DNA of 64,000 nucleotides from an uncultured Clostridia bacterium (GCA_946500295.1 CAMMVF010000014.1:959-64958); one strand, 5' to 3'; positions 48,242 through 58,485 are shown, numbered from the stretch's first letter. Translations and numbers: made by a program. The notes: generated by a model from the letters alone, not told the origin.

Positions 48242-49891
48242 TTAAAATTCAACAGAAGTGCGCACGTCCCTGTACGCCTGCTCAGTAACCCAAACAGAGA
48301 CCGAGCCGCCGTCAACATAAAACTCTCCATATCCCTCATTGTCGAGGGTCACAGGGTCGAGCAACCCGCCAAGCGCATTGTAAAGCTTCTGACCTGCAAG
48401 TCGCTGGCTTACCTTCATCCTCTTCTTTCCCCCATCGCTGTCAGTCATCAGAACCGCAAGGCCGGAGCCGCTGTGCCCGTCATCTCCGCTGCGAGTAAAA
48501 CCGACTATGGACGAATCGTCAAAGTAGTCCGTCTGAGTTCCGTAGGCGTAGGATTTTCTGAGCTTGATAAGCTGCCTCAGTCCCGGCACAGGCTTTATCT
48601 TGTCGTGGGGAATACCGTATAAATCGCCGTAGAAAACACAGGGAAGCCCACTCTCCTGTAAAAGTATCAGCGCATAGGCTATTGGCTTGAACCACTCCGG
48701 TACAAAGGAGCTCAGAGACTGACCCGGCTGGGTGTCGTGATTATCAACGAAAGTAACCGCCTTAAAGGGGGTTGCCTTACAAAGCGAATTTTCAAGCAAC
48801 TTACTCATATCAAAACCGCCGTTTGAAGTAGCAGCCCCGACAAAGGCAAAATGCAGCGGCACGTCAAACAGAGACATACATTCGCCCGTGGCATTGAGGT
48901 AATTTTTCAGCTTTTCAAGGTCGCTCGACCAGTATTCGCCGACTGCGAAGAACTCCTCCCCTTTATAACTGCGCATATTTGCCATCCACTCCTTATAAAA
49001 TCCGGAGCTGATGTGTTTTACAGCGTCCAGGCGGAAGCCGCTCGGCTTAACAGTATCCAAATACCACTTGCCCCAATTTGTGACTGCCTCTGTCGTCTTG
49101 GAGTTATCAAAGTCAAGGTCAACACCCATGAGATAGTCAAAGTTTGCTTTCTCGTCGTCAGTATCCTCGCTCCAGTTCTTTCCCTGAAATCTGTAAATAC
49201 CTCCTTTTTTAGTCTTTTCGTCCCAATCTGTACCGCTGAAGTTGGTATAATCCCAGGTAAAGCTTGAGTACTTCCCCTGCCTGCCCGGAAAAGTAAAGCG
49301 GGTCCATGCGGAAATCTCCCTCTCTCCGCCTATTTCCTCCTCACGGTTTTCTCCTGCATCCTCACAGGCAATAACAGTTTGAGCCTCGTCAGCGCCCATC
49401 ATGTGATTTAAAACCACATCAGCCAAGACCTCTATCCCCTGGGATTTAAAACTCTCAACTGCTTTTATATACTCATCCTTTGTTCCGTATTTTGTCGCGT
49501 ATGTTCCCTTTTGATTAAATTCGCCTAGATCGTACATATCATAAACATCATATCCCACGCTCTTTTTCCCGGCGGCTCCCTTGTAAGCGGGCGGCAGCCA
49601 TACCATATTTATGCCCAGCTGCGAAAGCCCCCATGCCTGAATTTCGCACCTTTGCCAATGAAGCGAATCAGCCGGCATATACCACTCAAAATATTGCAGC
49701 ATCGTCTTGTTTGTCATTATATCCTTCTCCTTCTCAACAGGGCTTGAGCCGTACATGGAAGAGTCAACCGTACTATCAACGAGGTCATTATTTTCAATCT
49801 GAGTCTGATTTGACTGATTAGAGCCGGCATTAAATCCGGCGCCTATTATTTTCTCTCTGCGCTTATTTTTTATTGAGTGAAAAAAGCTCAT
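48242..49891 (-). CDS. Alpha-amylase (GH13, cytoplasmic AmyA-like) with N-terminal extension
   Basis: TMLQYFEWY, DVVLNH, GFRLDAVKH, VGEYW, FVDNHDTQ. Confidence 0.92.
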   Translation of the reverse strand: MSFFHSIKNKRREKIIGAGFNAGSNQSNQTQIENNDLVDSTVDSSMYGSSPVEKEKDIMTNKTMLQYFEWYMPADSLHWQRCEIQAWGLSQLGINMVWLPPAYKGAAGKKSVGYDVYDMYDLGEFNQKGTYATKYGTKDEYIKAVESFKSQGIEVLADVVLNHMMGADEAQTVIACEDAGENREEEIGGEREISAWTRFTFPGRQGKYSSFTWDYTNFSGTDWDEKTKKGGIYRFQGKNWSEDTDDEKANFDYLMGVDLDFDNSKTTEAVTNWGKWYLDTVKPSGFRLDAVKHISSGFYKEWMANMRSYKGEEFFAVGEYWSSDLEKLKNYLNATGECMSLFDVPLHFAFVGAATSNGGFDMSKLLENSLCKATPFKAVTFVDNHDTQPGQSLSSFVPEWFKPIAYALILLQESGLPCVFYGDLYGIPHDKIKPVPGLRQLIKLRKSYAYGTQTDYFDDSSIVGFTRSGDDGHSGSGLAVLMTDSDGGKKRMKVSQRLAGQKLYNALGGLLDPVTLDNEGYGEFYVDGGSVSVWVTEQAYRDVRTSVEF

Positions 49892-50063
49892 TGTTTCACT
49901 GCTCCTTTATCTATATACATCCATCATTCATTTTTATGACTAATTTGCCAACCCACACCAAATCATGGTAGGCATTGACAGTAGAATTATATCACTAATT
50001 TTGATTTATGTGAAGCGGCGCAGCTCAAGAGCCGCCTTTTCTCTTAATTTACACCAAAAGCAC

Positions 50064-50221
50064 TTGAAATTACACTGAGCTTGTGTTAAAATAGCAACGG
50101 AAATCAGGCTGCCCCCTTGCCACCGGGTAAGGGGATGAGCGTCAAACCCCTTGTCGTTAGGTCTTTGAAGGCAGGGAGTGTTGACGCTTTTATTTTGCCT
50201 AAATTTACTCGGAGGTGCAAA
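50064..50221 (+). promoter_or_regulatory. Promoter plus structured 5' leader with terminator (candidate riboswitch) of the MATE gene
   Basis: TTGAAA-17-TAAAAT; hairpin ccccttgcc-accg-ggtaagggg; long stem agcgtcaa...ttgacgct followed by TTTATTTT before the RBS. Confidence 0.55.
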
Positions 50222-51517
50222 ATGCAAGTTAATTCAAACCTGAAGCTTTTTGGGCGCTACGCTTCATTAAACGTGCTGGGTATGATAGGACTGTCCTGTT
50301 ACATTCTGGCAGATACATTTTTTGTAGCCCAGGGAGTTGGATCAAACGGCCTAACCGCCTTAAGCCTCGCCCTGCCCGTTTACAGCGTGACTAACGGCAC
50401 CGGGCTGATGATTGGAATGGGCGGAGCCACAAGGTTTTCGATATCAAAATCAAGCTCTATCTTCACACGCTCACTGGTCTATGGTTGGTGCGTAGCTATA
50501 GTATATCTTCTGTGTGGTATTTTTCTGTCGGGCGCTTTAGCAACTGCGCTAGGGGCGGACACACAGGTGCACGAATTCACAAAAACTTATCTGCAAATTC
50601 TCCTGCTCTTCTCCCCGTTATTTTTAACCAACAATATTTTAAACTGCTTTGTCAGAAATGACAACGACCCGAGACTTTCCATGATAGCAATGCTCGCCGG
50701 AACATTTACAAATATAGTTTTTGACTATATTCTGGTATTTCCCTGTAATTTAGGGATAGGCGGGGCGGCGCTCGCCACGGGCTTTTCACCGCTTATCAGC
50801 ATCTGCATACTTTCAACCCACTTTTTTTCAAAGAAAAATAACCTTAAATTTAAAAAGGCGGCGCTTAAAGTCTGGGACTTTATAAAGTCGGTCAAGGACA
50901 TAAGCGCACTCGGAATAGCCGCACTGATAACCGAGCTTTCCTCTGGCATAGTACTGATAGTATTCAACAACCTTATTTTACGCCTTGAGGGCAACCTCGG
51001 AGTTGCGGCATACGGAATAATCGCAAATATAGCAATAGTTGTGAACTCGATCTTCACGGGTATTGCCGAAGGCTCTCAGCCGATAATCAGCCGCAGCTAC
51101 GGCGAGGGCAGGTTTAAAGACGCAAAGAAAATACTAAAGTACGGTATAATCTCCGCCGTAATTTTTGCCGCTGTATTCTATATAACCTCGTTTATCTTCA
51201 CAGAGCCCATTGTGAAGCTGTTTGACAGTGAGGGAAGCAGCGAGCTTATCAGCATGGCTGTACATGGATTCAGAATTTACTTCCTCGCCGCATTCTTCCT
51301 GGGAATAAATATCCTGGTTGCCTCGTACTTCACATCAATAGACAGAGCCGCAAACGGCTTTATCATCTCATTGTGCAGGGGCTTGGCGGTAATAGTGCCG
51401 GTATCGGTTTTGATGTCGTTTGTACTCGGACTTGACGGGGTGTGGCTATCGCTTTGTATTTCAGAGCTTATAGTCTGCGGAATAGGCGCTTTGCTGCTAA
51501 AAAAGAGGAATATTTAG
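50222..51517 (+). CDS. MATE family efflux transporter
   Basis: About 12 TM helices, LADTFFV, NIVFDY, GGAALATG; GGAGG RBS before ATG 50222. Confidence 0.9.
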   Translation: MQVNSNLKLFGRYASLNVLGMIGLSCYILADTFFVAQGVGSNGLTALSLALPVYSVTNGTGLMIGMGGATRFSISKSSSIFTRSLVYGWCVAIVYLLCGIFLSGALATALGADTQVHEFTKTYLQILLLFSPLFLTNNILNCFVRNDNDPRLSMIAMLAGTFTNIVFDYILVFPCNLGIGGAALATGFSPLISICILSTHFFSKKNNLKFKKAALKVWDFIKSVKDISALGIAALITELSSGIVLIVFNNLILRLEGNLGVAAYGIIANIAIVVNSIFTGIAEGSQPIISRSYGEGRFKDAKKILKYGIISAVIFAAVFYITSFIFTEPIVKLFDSEGSSELISMAVHGFRIYFLAAFFLGINILVASYFTSIDRAANGFIISLCRGLAVIVPVSVLMSFVLGLDGVWLSLCISELIVCGIGALLLKKRNI

Positions 51518-51544
51518 TCTGCACGGTCGGATGAACAGCCGCCA

Positions 51545-51675
51545 GTGATATCTCACCTTACGGTGCGGTGATATATGCGCCAAGGCGCAAATGATGTGCC
51601 GCAAGCGGCATGACGTGTTGCCTGCGGCAACATGATGTATGCGCCAGGAGGATATTATATTGCGCCGTTGGCGTA
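51545..51675. repeat. REP-like cluster of 5-6 short palindromes each preceded by RTGAYRT
   Basis: cacc-ttac-ggtg, tgcgcc-aa-ggcgca, gccgc-aa-gcggc, gttgcc-tgc-ggcaac. Confidence 0.6.
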
Positions 51676-52025
51676 GAAAAGCTTTTCTTTGCCGCAAATG
51701 TCGAAAAGCCTACGGCTTTGGAATTAAAGTAGTTTGTGCGAGACTCAGGTTTTATCACCCGAAATCCGCACAGGGTTAAAACGAGCAAAGGGTAAAAAGG
51801 CACTTATGCGATGGTAATGCTCAGATAGACAAATAGTTAGAAGGATTATTGCTCCCGTAAAGGCGGCGAGGTTTTAACGTGCAAAAAGCTCCAAAATGAT
51901 ACAGGCTTGAGATTGGCACAAATTTACACGAGAGAAGTGCAGTAGCACGTAGGAAATAAAAGTGCTTCGGCACTTGACATAATGTCGAATTGTGTTATAA
52001 TAGCAGTTACAAACTGAATAACTCA

Positions 52026-52152
52026 CTTATCAAGAGCGATGGAGGGAACAGGCCCTGTGAAGTCCGGCAACCTGCATATGTAAGGTGCCAAATCCTGCGG
52101 TATATCCGAAAGATGAGTTTACAGCCGCTTTCGGTAACGAGAGCGGCTTTTT
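52026..52152 (+). ncRNA. SAM-I riboswitch with terminator
   Basis: CTTATCAAGAG...GGAGGGA.AGGCCC..TGAAG.CCGGCAACC...GGTGCCAAATCC...AGATGAG, then terminator agccgct...agcggcttttt; lies upstream of metK. Confidence 0.95.
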
Positions 52153-52202
52153 TAATGCAATCAAAACAAGGAGCTTTGTAAAATTATGAAAGGGGTTTTA
52201 GT

Positions 52203-53390
52203 ATGGCAAAGCATTTTTTTACATCAGAATCAGTAACCGAAGGACATCCCGACAAGGTGTGCGACCAGATTTCGGACGCTATAGTTGACGAGATTTTATC
52301 ACAGGACAAGGACGCTCACATTGCGTGCGAGTGCACCGCAACGACGGGAATGGTGCATATTATGGGTGAGATATCGACAACCTGCAACGTGGACATCCCC
52401 TCTATCGCAAGGAAGGTAATCCGCTCGATAGGCTATGACAACGCCGAGTGCGGCTTTGACGGCAACACCTGCGCCATAATTACCTCTCTCGACCGCCAGT
52501 CTGACGACATAGCAATGGGCGTAAACGCAAGCTATGAGCTAAAGCAGGGCGAGGAGGACATATATAACCGCACGGGAGCAGGAGACCAGGGCATGATGTT
52601 CGGCTATGCCTGCGACGAAACTCCGGAGCTTATGCCGATGAGTATTTCTTTAAGCCACAAGCTTGCAAAACAGCTTACCAAGGTTCGCAAAAACGGCACT
52701 CTCTCCTACCTGCGCCCGGACGGGAAAACTCAGGTCACTGTAGAGTACGACGGAGATAAAATCAAGAGAATTGACGCAATAGTTGTCTCGAGCCAGCACA
52801 ACGAGGAGGTTGACATCGAGCAGCTCAGAGGAGATATTTTGGAGTGCGTTATCCGCCCAATTATTCCCAAGGAGCTTTTGGACAGCGAGACAAGGATTTA
52901 CATCAACCCTACAGGACGGTTTGTAATCGGCGGTCCTGTGGGCGACAGCGGACTTACGGGAAGAAAGATAATAGTAGACACCTACGGCGGCTTCGGACGT
53001 CACGGCGGCGGCTGCTTCTCGGGAAAAGACCCGACAAAGGTTGACCGCAGCGCAGCCTACGCTGCAAGATACGTTGCAAAAAATATTGTAGCGGCAGGAC
53101 TTGCCCACCGCTGCGAGGTTCAGCTCGCCTACGCAATAGGCGTGGCAAGACCTGTTTCGGTTATGGTTGACAGCTTCGGCACGAGCGAATATACAAACGA
53201 ACAGCTCGCCGATGCAGTTTGCAAAACCTTTGACCTGCGCCCCGCGGCAATAATTGAGGCTCTAAAGCTCAAGGAGGTAAAATACCTGCCCCTTGCCGCC
53301 TACGGACACATGGGTCGCGAGGAGCTCAATGTAGAGTGGGAGAAAACAAATAAGGTTGACGCGCTCAAGGCTGAATTTGAGAATGTGTGA
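52203..53390 (+). CDS. metK: S-adenosylmethionine synthetase
   Basis: [41 protein letters not shown]. Confidence 0.97.
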   Translation: MAKHFFTSESVTEGHPDKVCDQISDAIVDEILSQDKDAHIACECTATTGMVHIMGEISTTCNVDIPSIARKVIRSIGYDNAECGFDGNTCAIITSLDRQSDDIAMGVNASYELKQGEEDIYNRTGAGDQGMMFGYACDETPELMPMSISLSHKLAKQLTKVRKNGTLSYLRPDGKTQVTVEYDGDKIKRIDAIVVSSQHNEEVDIEQLRGDILECVIRPIIPKELLDSETRIYINPTGRFVIGGPVGDSGLTGRKIIVDTYGGFGRHGGGCFSGKDPTKVDRSAAYAARYVAKNIVAAGLAHRCEVQLAYAIGVARPVSVMVDSFGTSEYTNEQLADAVCKTFDLRPAAIIEALKLKEVKYLPLAAYGHMGREELNVEWEKTNKVDALKAEFENV

Positions 53391-53466
53391 GGCTGGATAG
53401 TGCTGATATAACCTTAGTCTCTGCTTCAGACAGAGCAATCGTTGAACTTAAAAAATACAAGTATTT

Positions 53467-53512
53467 CAAAAAAGGCTGCGCCGGATATCATAAGATACCC
53501 GGCGCAGCCTTT
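53467..53512. terminator. Bidirectional terminator after metK
   Basis: aaaggctgcgccgg / ccggcgcagccttt. Confidence 0.75.
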
Positions 53513-53691
53513 GTGTTATTCAATATTAATCGGAATACGCTAAACATAATGCTTATACAATCGACATTGACACAAATATGAACCTATAGCCGTTAACAAG
53601 TTAGATAAACGAATAGGATTCCAATAAACTTTCCATTACCTGTTTAATCGACAATATTATTTTCGGTCGTGGAATTTTTAATTAGCTTTAA

Positions 53692-53751
53692 AAAATACAA
53701 CATATGTTGTATTTTCAAGGCTAGTATACATCATTTGTTGTATTATGTCAA
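53692..53751. promoter_or_regulatory. Tandem operators and divergent minus-strand promoter next to the XRE gene
   Basis: Perfect 24-bp palindrome 53692-53715; second 18-bp copy (2 mismatches) 53726-53743; minus-strand TTGACA-17-TATACT at 53751-53723. Confidence 0.7.
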
Positions 53752-53781
53752 TAATAAAATACAAAAATGGAGAAATTCATT

Positions 53782-54000
53782 ATGACATATTACAGAAGAA
53801 TCCGTGATCTGCGGGAGGACAGCGACCTGACGCAGAACCAGCTTGTCGATCAACTCCACATGCACAAGACAACCTACACCAACTACGAGCAGGGCAAGCG
53901 AGACCTTCCGCTGCAAATCGCTATAAAGCTAGCCGACTTTTACAATGTATCTCTGGATTACATTGCCGGGAGAACAAACAAGAGGGAGATTAACAGATAA
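53782..54000 (+). CDS. Small XRE-family HTH regulator
   Basis: IRDLRED.DLTQ..L...LH....TY..YE.G.R.LP....IKLADFY.VSLDY; GGAG RBS. Confidence 0.9.
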   Translation: MTYYRRIRDLREDSDLTQNQLVDQLHMHKTTYTNYEQGKRDLPLQIAIKLADFYNVSLDYIAGRTNKREINR

Positions 54001-54089
54001 AGCTAAATCAATTTTATATAAAAATCGAGAGCGGATTCCACACGGAAATCTGCTCTCGTTGGATTTATGAGCATATTTTGTTTTGTATA

Positions 54090-55439
54090 TCAAGGCTTTG
54101 CGGAATTAATCTTACCTATCAACTCCTTAGATCTAATTATAAGACTGTCCTTATCATTTACAAGCTTACCCTCAATAACCTCATCAAGCAGGAGCGAAAG
54201 CGCCTGCCCCAAAGCTATACCTCGGCTGTAGCCAAGCGACAGCAAATCATCGCCGCTTATTTTAAGCTGTTTAAGACTTACGCAGGCGTGATTGTCAATA
54301 AGCTCTCGGCACAGTCGTGCGCTGTGTGAAAGCCGCTTCAAACGTTTTTCCTTATCACAGCCGTTTTGCGCCAGTATATCCGCACGCCTTACCTCGCTTA
54401 ATATTTTCAGCACAGTTTCAAAGCCTATATCTCGCATAAGCCGCTTGATTTCAATCTCTGTTTCGCAGTGTACGTCGTGATATTTGCAAAGCAGGCAGAC
54501 TTTTTTTGTCAGCTCGGCGGGTGCTCTCAATCTTTTTAAGATTTCTCCCGCAAGCTCAGCTGATTTCTCACCGTGATTGGGGAATATCTGCTGTCCGTCT
54601 TTTCCCTGCACAATACAAAGCGGCTTTGCGATGTCGTGCAACAGCATGGCAAGCCGCAAATCGAGAGACGGCGATACAGCATCAACCGACCTCGCTATAT
54701 GCTCAAGCAGGCTTTGGCGGTGATTCTCACCAGTCAAAAACAGTGTATTACAAGCTTCAAGCTGTGGAATAAATACCGAGAACACGTCGCTGTATTCACA
54801 CAATATCTTTCCTGCAAAATCGCCGCACAGCAAAAGAGAAAGCTCCTTAAATATCCTCTCTACAGCTATTTTTTTGAGCAAGCCCTTGTTTTCATGAATC
54901 GACCTTGCCGTATCACAGTCAATCTCAAAGGAATACTGAGCCGAAAATCTCAGCGCCCTCATAATCCTCAAAGCGTCCTCGGAAAATCTTTTATCCGGCT
55001 CACCCACGCAGCGCAGCACTCGTCTTTTGATATCCTCTGCACCCCCAAAGGGATCAATTATACCGCTTTTCGGGCTGTAGGCAATGGCGTTTACCGTGAA
55101 GTCGCGGCGGCTGAGGTCCTCTTTAAGAGATACTCCAAGATGGACTGCGTTCGGGTGGCGGCAGTCTTTATACTCTCCATCTGCACGAAAGGTGGTGACC
55201 TCTACCTGTTCTCCGTCCACCACTACAGTGACCGTACCATGTTTTATACCATTAGTAATTGATTTGAAGCTATTAAATACTCTAAGTATATCATCCGGCA
55301 GAGCCGAGGTGGCTACGTCATAATCCTTAGGCTTTATACCGAGAAGATAATTCCTCACGCAGCCTCCCACAGCGTATGCCTCAAAGCCTGAGCGCTCAAG
55401 AGCAGAGAGCACATAACCGCAGCCCTTTGACAGTTCCAT
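54090..55439 (-). CDS. cca: CCA tRNA nucleotidyltransferase (HD domain)
   Basis: VGGCVRN, DYDVAT, EVTTFR, DLSRRDFTVNA, EDALRIMR, LLHDIAK. Confidence 0.92.
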   Translation of the reverse strand: MELSKGCGYVLSALERSGFEAYAVGGCVRNYLLGIKPKDYDVATSALPDDILRVFNSFKSITNGIKHGTVTVVVDGEQVEVTTFRADGEYKDCRHPNAVHLGVSLKEDLSRRDFTVNAIAYSPKSGIIDPFGGAEDIKRRVLRCVGEPDKRFSEDALRIMRALRFSAQYSFEIDCDTARSIHENKGLLKKIAVERIFKELSLLLCGDFAGKILCEYSDVFSVFIPQLEACNTLFLTGENHRQSLLEHIARSVDAVSPSLDLRLAMLLHDIAKPLCIVQGKDGQQIFPNHGEKSAELAGEILKRLRAPAELTKKVCLLCKYHDVHCETEIEIKRLMRDIGFETVLKILSEVRRADILAQNGCDKEKRLKRLSHSARLCRELIDNHACVSLKQLKISGDDLLSLGYSRGIALGQALSLLLDEVIEGKLVNDKDSLIIRSKELIGKINSAKP

Positions 55440-55473
55440 GCCGTCCCCTCCTTTATCTGCTCAACATTACGGC

Positions 55474-56397
55474 TCACTGAAAATCGTTATTATCAAACCC
55501 GAGCGAGCGCAGGATATTCTCACGATTTCGCCAGTCCTCCTTGACCTTGACCCATAATCTCAAATTTATTTTACAGCCGAAAAAGCTCTCCAAATCCTGC
55601 CTAGCGTAGGTTCCAACCTTTTTGAGCATTGCTCCGCCCTTGCCGATAACTATCCCCTTGTGGCTTGCCTTTTCACAATATATGGTGGCGTCAATATCCA
55701 TCATATCCTTATCGTCTCTCGACTTCATTCTCTCGACAAATACGGCTGTACCGTGGGGGATTTCCTTATCGAGCAATCTTAAAAGTTTTTCTCTGATAAT
55801 CTCCGACGCCAGCACTCGCTCGGGCTGGTCGGTGAGGGTGTCGTCGTCAAAGAAATGCCCGCCCTCCATTGCAAGCTGCTTTAGCTCAGCCTTGAGCTCT
55901 TCAAGTCCGCTGCCGGTTTGAGCTGATACGGGCACTACCGCCGCAAAATCGCAGTGCTGAGAGTAGGCGGCGATAATTTTAATCAGCTCGTCCTTGGATT
56001 TGAGCATATCAATTTTATTCAGCGCCAAGACTATCGGCAAGTCAAGCTCCTGCGCCCTCTTGATAAGCTCCAGCTCGGTATCGCCCGGAGTTTTGTCGCA
56101 CTCGGCTACCAGCATTACTGCGTCCACCCCGGCTACAGACTCTCTGACCGAGCGCACCATATATTTCCCAAGCTCCGTTTTTGGCTTATGCAATCCCGGA
56201 GTATCTATAAATACAAGCTGGGTCTCACCCTCGGTGAGCACTCCCATTATCCTTGTTCTGGTGGTCTGCGGCTTGCTGGAGACGATTGCCACCTTCTGCC
56301 CGAGCAGGCGATTGAGTATGGAGCTTTTACCTACGTTCGGTCTGCCCACTATGGCGATAAAGGCTGATTTCTGATTAAAATTCATTTCACTGTTCAT
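55474..56397 (-). CDS. era: GTPase Era
   Basis: GRPNVGKS, QTTR, DTPG, NKID, GIVIGKGG KH domain; GGAG RBS before ATG 56397. Confidence 0.97.
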   Translation of the reverse strand: MNSEMNFNQKSAFIAIVGRPNVGKSSILNRLLGQKVAIVSSKPQTTRTRIMGVLTEGETQLVFIDTPGLHKPKTELGKYMVRSVRESVAGVDAVMLVAECDKTPGDTELELIKRAQELDLPIVLALNKIDMLKSKDELIKIIAAYSQHCDFAAVVPVSAQTGSGLEELKAELKQLAMEGGHFFDDDTLTDQPERVLASEIIREKLLRLLDKEIPHGTAVFVERMKSRDDKDMMDIDATIYCEKASHKGIVIGKGGAMLKKVGTYARQDLESFFGCKINLRLWVKVKEDWRNRENILRSLGFDNNDFQ

Positions 56398-56562
56398 ATT
56401 GCACTCCTGAGTTTTATTGATATAAGTATTGTAGCACATCAAACCCACTAATAACAAGTAAAGTTGCCGCAGTAAAATACGTGTGTTCATAACGACAGAG
56501 TATTATATCGGTTTGAAGGTGATGTAACAGAGCGGAATACGGGTAACAATGTTTTTGATGTT

Positions 56563-57345
56563 TTAGTGCTCAATATAGACCTGTACTTCATAATTCCATT
56601 GCAAAATGCCCGATACGACGATTAACTGCACTGTAAATGTCGGCTCAACACCGTATTTTGTTCGGGCTATACGGATTACCTCGCTTAATACTTGTTCCCG
56701 GTTTTCTTCGGTACAATCAGCGCACAGGTATTTCCCTTTGGGCAACACCTTTAATCCGTTTATATCCGCATAACGAATACAGACAGCAAAAAGCCTCGAC
56801 ACTCCGTTTTCGGTATAGATACCGGCTAAATCCTCAAAGGAAAATTGCTCTTTTAAGTCAGGTGTAACTTTATCGTAAAAATGACTTAGATAATTCCAAA
56901 GATTATCGAGCGTTGGCACTTCTAAGGTATCTGAAAGCAAAATAACACGCTCTGGAAAATCCTTGATAAAGGCGCCGTTAGAATTTTTGCGCATCTGTAA
57001 TTTCTTTTCATAGTCTGCTTTTGCTAACTGGATTTTTGATTTACTGTACCGGAGCGCTGCTATTTTTTCATCAGCCTTTTTTTCTGCTTGCGCTAAAAAA
57101 TCCACAACTTTTTCAAGATCGTCATATTCTAAAACCTTTTTTATCTCCTGCAAAGGCAAGTCCATAAGCTGTAAAGCCCGCACTGTATTCAACCGAACAA
57201 TGTCCTGCTCGGTATAATAGCGGTACTTAGTCCATTCGTCCTTTTTGCTCGGTTTCACTAATCCGATACGGTCATAATGCCGCAGCGTTTCGCTCGTTGT
57301 ATGGACAGCCTTTGCGGCTTCTCCAACTGAAAAATATTTCTTCAT
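56563..57345 (-). CDS. MerR-family regulator
   Basis: FSVGEAAK....TLRHYDRIGLVKP....YRYY. Confidence 0.9.
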   Translation of the reverse strand: MKKYFSVGEAAKAVHTTSETLRHYDRIGLVKPSKKDEWTKYRYYTEQDIVRLNTVRALQLMDLPLQEIKKVLEYDDLEKVVDFLAQAEKKADEKIAALRYSKSKIQLAKADYEKKLQMRKNSNGAFIKDFPERVILLSDTLEVPTLDNLWNYLSHFYDKVTPDLKEQFSFEDLAGIYTENGVSRLFAVCIRYADINGLKVLPKGKYLCADCTEENREQVLSEVIRIARTKYGVEPTFTVQLIVVSGILQWNYEVQVYIEH

Positions 57346-57360
57346 TTTTATTTTCTCCTG

Positions 57361-57391
57361 TTGACTTTTGTGTTACACAAAGGTTTATAAT
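57361..57391 (+). promoter_or_regulatory. MerR-type promoter (19-bp spacer with dyad)
   Basis: TTGACT-19-TATAAT containing tttgtgt-t-acacaaa. Confidence 0.8.
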
Positions 57392-57457
57392 TCATTTTAG
57401 CATAAGATATTGCGAAAAGCTATAGATACTGCAATGCTGTTTAGGAGGAATGGATGC

Positions 57458-57550
57458 ATGATAGGATTTAAACAAGTAACAACGCAGTACGGACAATCAA
57501 CCGTACTAAAAACATTACTTTGTCAATCAACGAATACTTCTATGAATTAA
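57458..57550 (+). pseudogene. Truncated N-terminus of an ABC ATP-binding protein
   Basis: AGGAGG RBS; MIGFKQVTTQYGQSTVLK then stop after 30 aa, before any Walker A. Confidence 0.5.
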
Positions 57551-57589
57551 AATTGTAATTATAATCTATAAAATTATGGGGGAATCACT

Positions 57590-58252
57590 ATGAAGAAAAT
57601 CATTTCAATTTTATTGTGTCTTATATTGGGCAGTTTTATTTTGTCGGGGTGCTCGAACAACGACGAACCATTTGAGGAAAAAAGCTATACGTCAGATACA
57701 CAGATCAATGAAATCAATCTTGATGTACGGGATAGAGAAATTGAAGTGTCGTTGTCCGAGGACGAACAAGTCCATATTGAATATTCCGAAAACAGTAAAG
57801 AGCATTACGATATTTCTGTTTCCGACAAAAATGTGTTAACTATGGCAAGTGCAAGCAATAAAGAGTGGACGGATTATATCGGGGGAAAACCCTCTGCCGA
57901 AGATCGGAAAATATCGTTGCAGATACCGGACGCACTTTTAGAAAGCCTTACACTATCTACAACAAACGAGGATATAACGCTTTCTGCATTGGCTGTAACC
58001 GGAAGTATAAATATTTCTTCTAATGGAGGAAACATAGCCTTTGCAAACTTAGATGTGGGTAGCGCTTTGACACTGAACGTTAAAAATGGAAATATTTCGG
58101 GTGCGATTGTAGGAAGCTATGATGATTTTTCTATTCAATCCGAAATGAAAAAAGGCGAAAGCAATCTGCCGGTCAATAAAGATGGTGGGGAAAAAACGCT
58201 GGTTGTATCCGGTAATAACGGCGACGTCAATATAGAATTTGTAAAAGAATAA
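57590..58252 (+). CDS. DUF4097-like beta-strand-repeat lipoprotein
   Basis: Lipobox ILSGC; repeats TTNEDI, SSNGGNI, VKNGNI, GNNGDV. Confidence 0.75.
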   Translation: MKKIISILLCLILGSFILSGCSNNDEPFEEKSYTSDTQINEINLDVRDREIEVSLSEDEQVHIEYSENSKEHYDISVSDKNVLTMASASNKEWTDYIGGKPSAEDRKISLQIPDALLESLTLSTTNEDITLSALAVTGSINISSNGGNIAFANLDVGSALTLNVKNGNISGAIVGSYDDFSIQSEMKKGESNLPVNKDGGEKTLVVSGNNGDVNIEFVKE

Positions 58253-58485
58253 TTCTGTTTCTGAACCGTAATTTTGATGTTTTGCAGTTGAATATACTAA
58301 TAAACGGCGGTATCAGGCGATATCGCCGTTTATTTCTGTTCCCTGCAAAATACCACATTTATTAATTTGTCAAAAAAACTTTGCCACGGCAACGGCTCTG
58401 ACGTTCTCTTTGGCGGGCGAGCGCCTGTGTCACCGCTTCCCATAACACAAACAGAAAAAAGCCCTGCCAGTCGGCAGGGCGTGAA

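Noticed and set aside
51545-51675. CRISPR array
   Set aside because: Constant part is only 7 nt, spacers are palindromic, and there are no cas genes in the window.
51680-51960. Possible ncRNA or ORF between the REP-like cluster and the metK promoter
   Set aside because: Only short, chance-level pairings and no supportable ORF.
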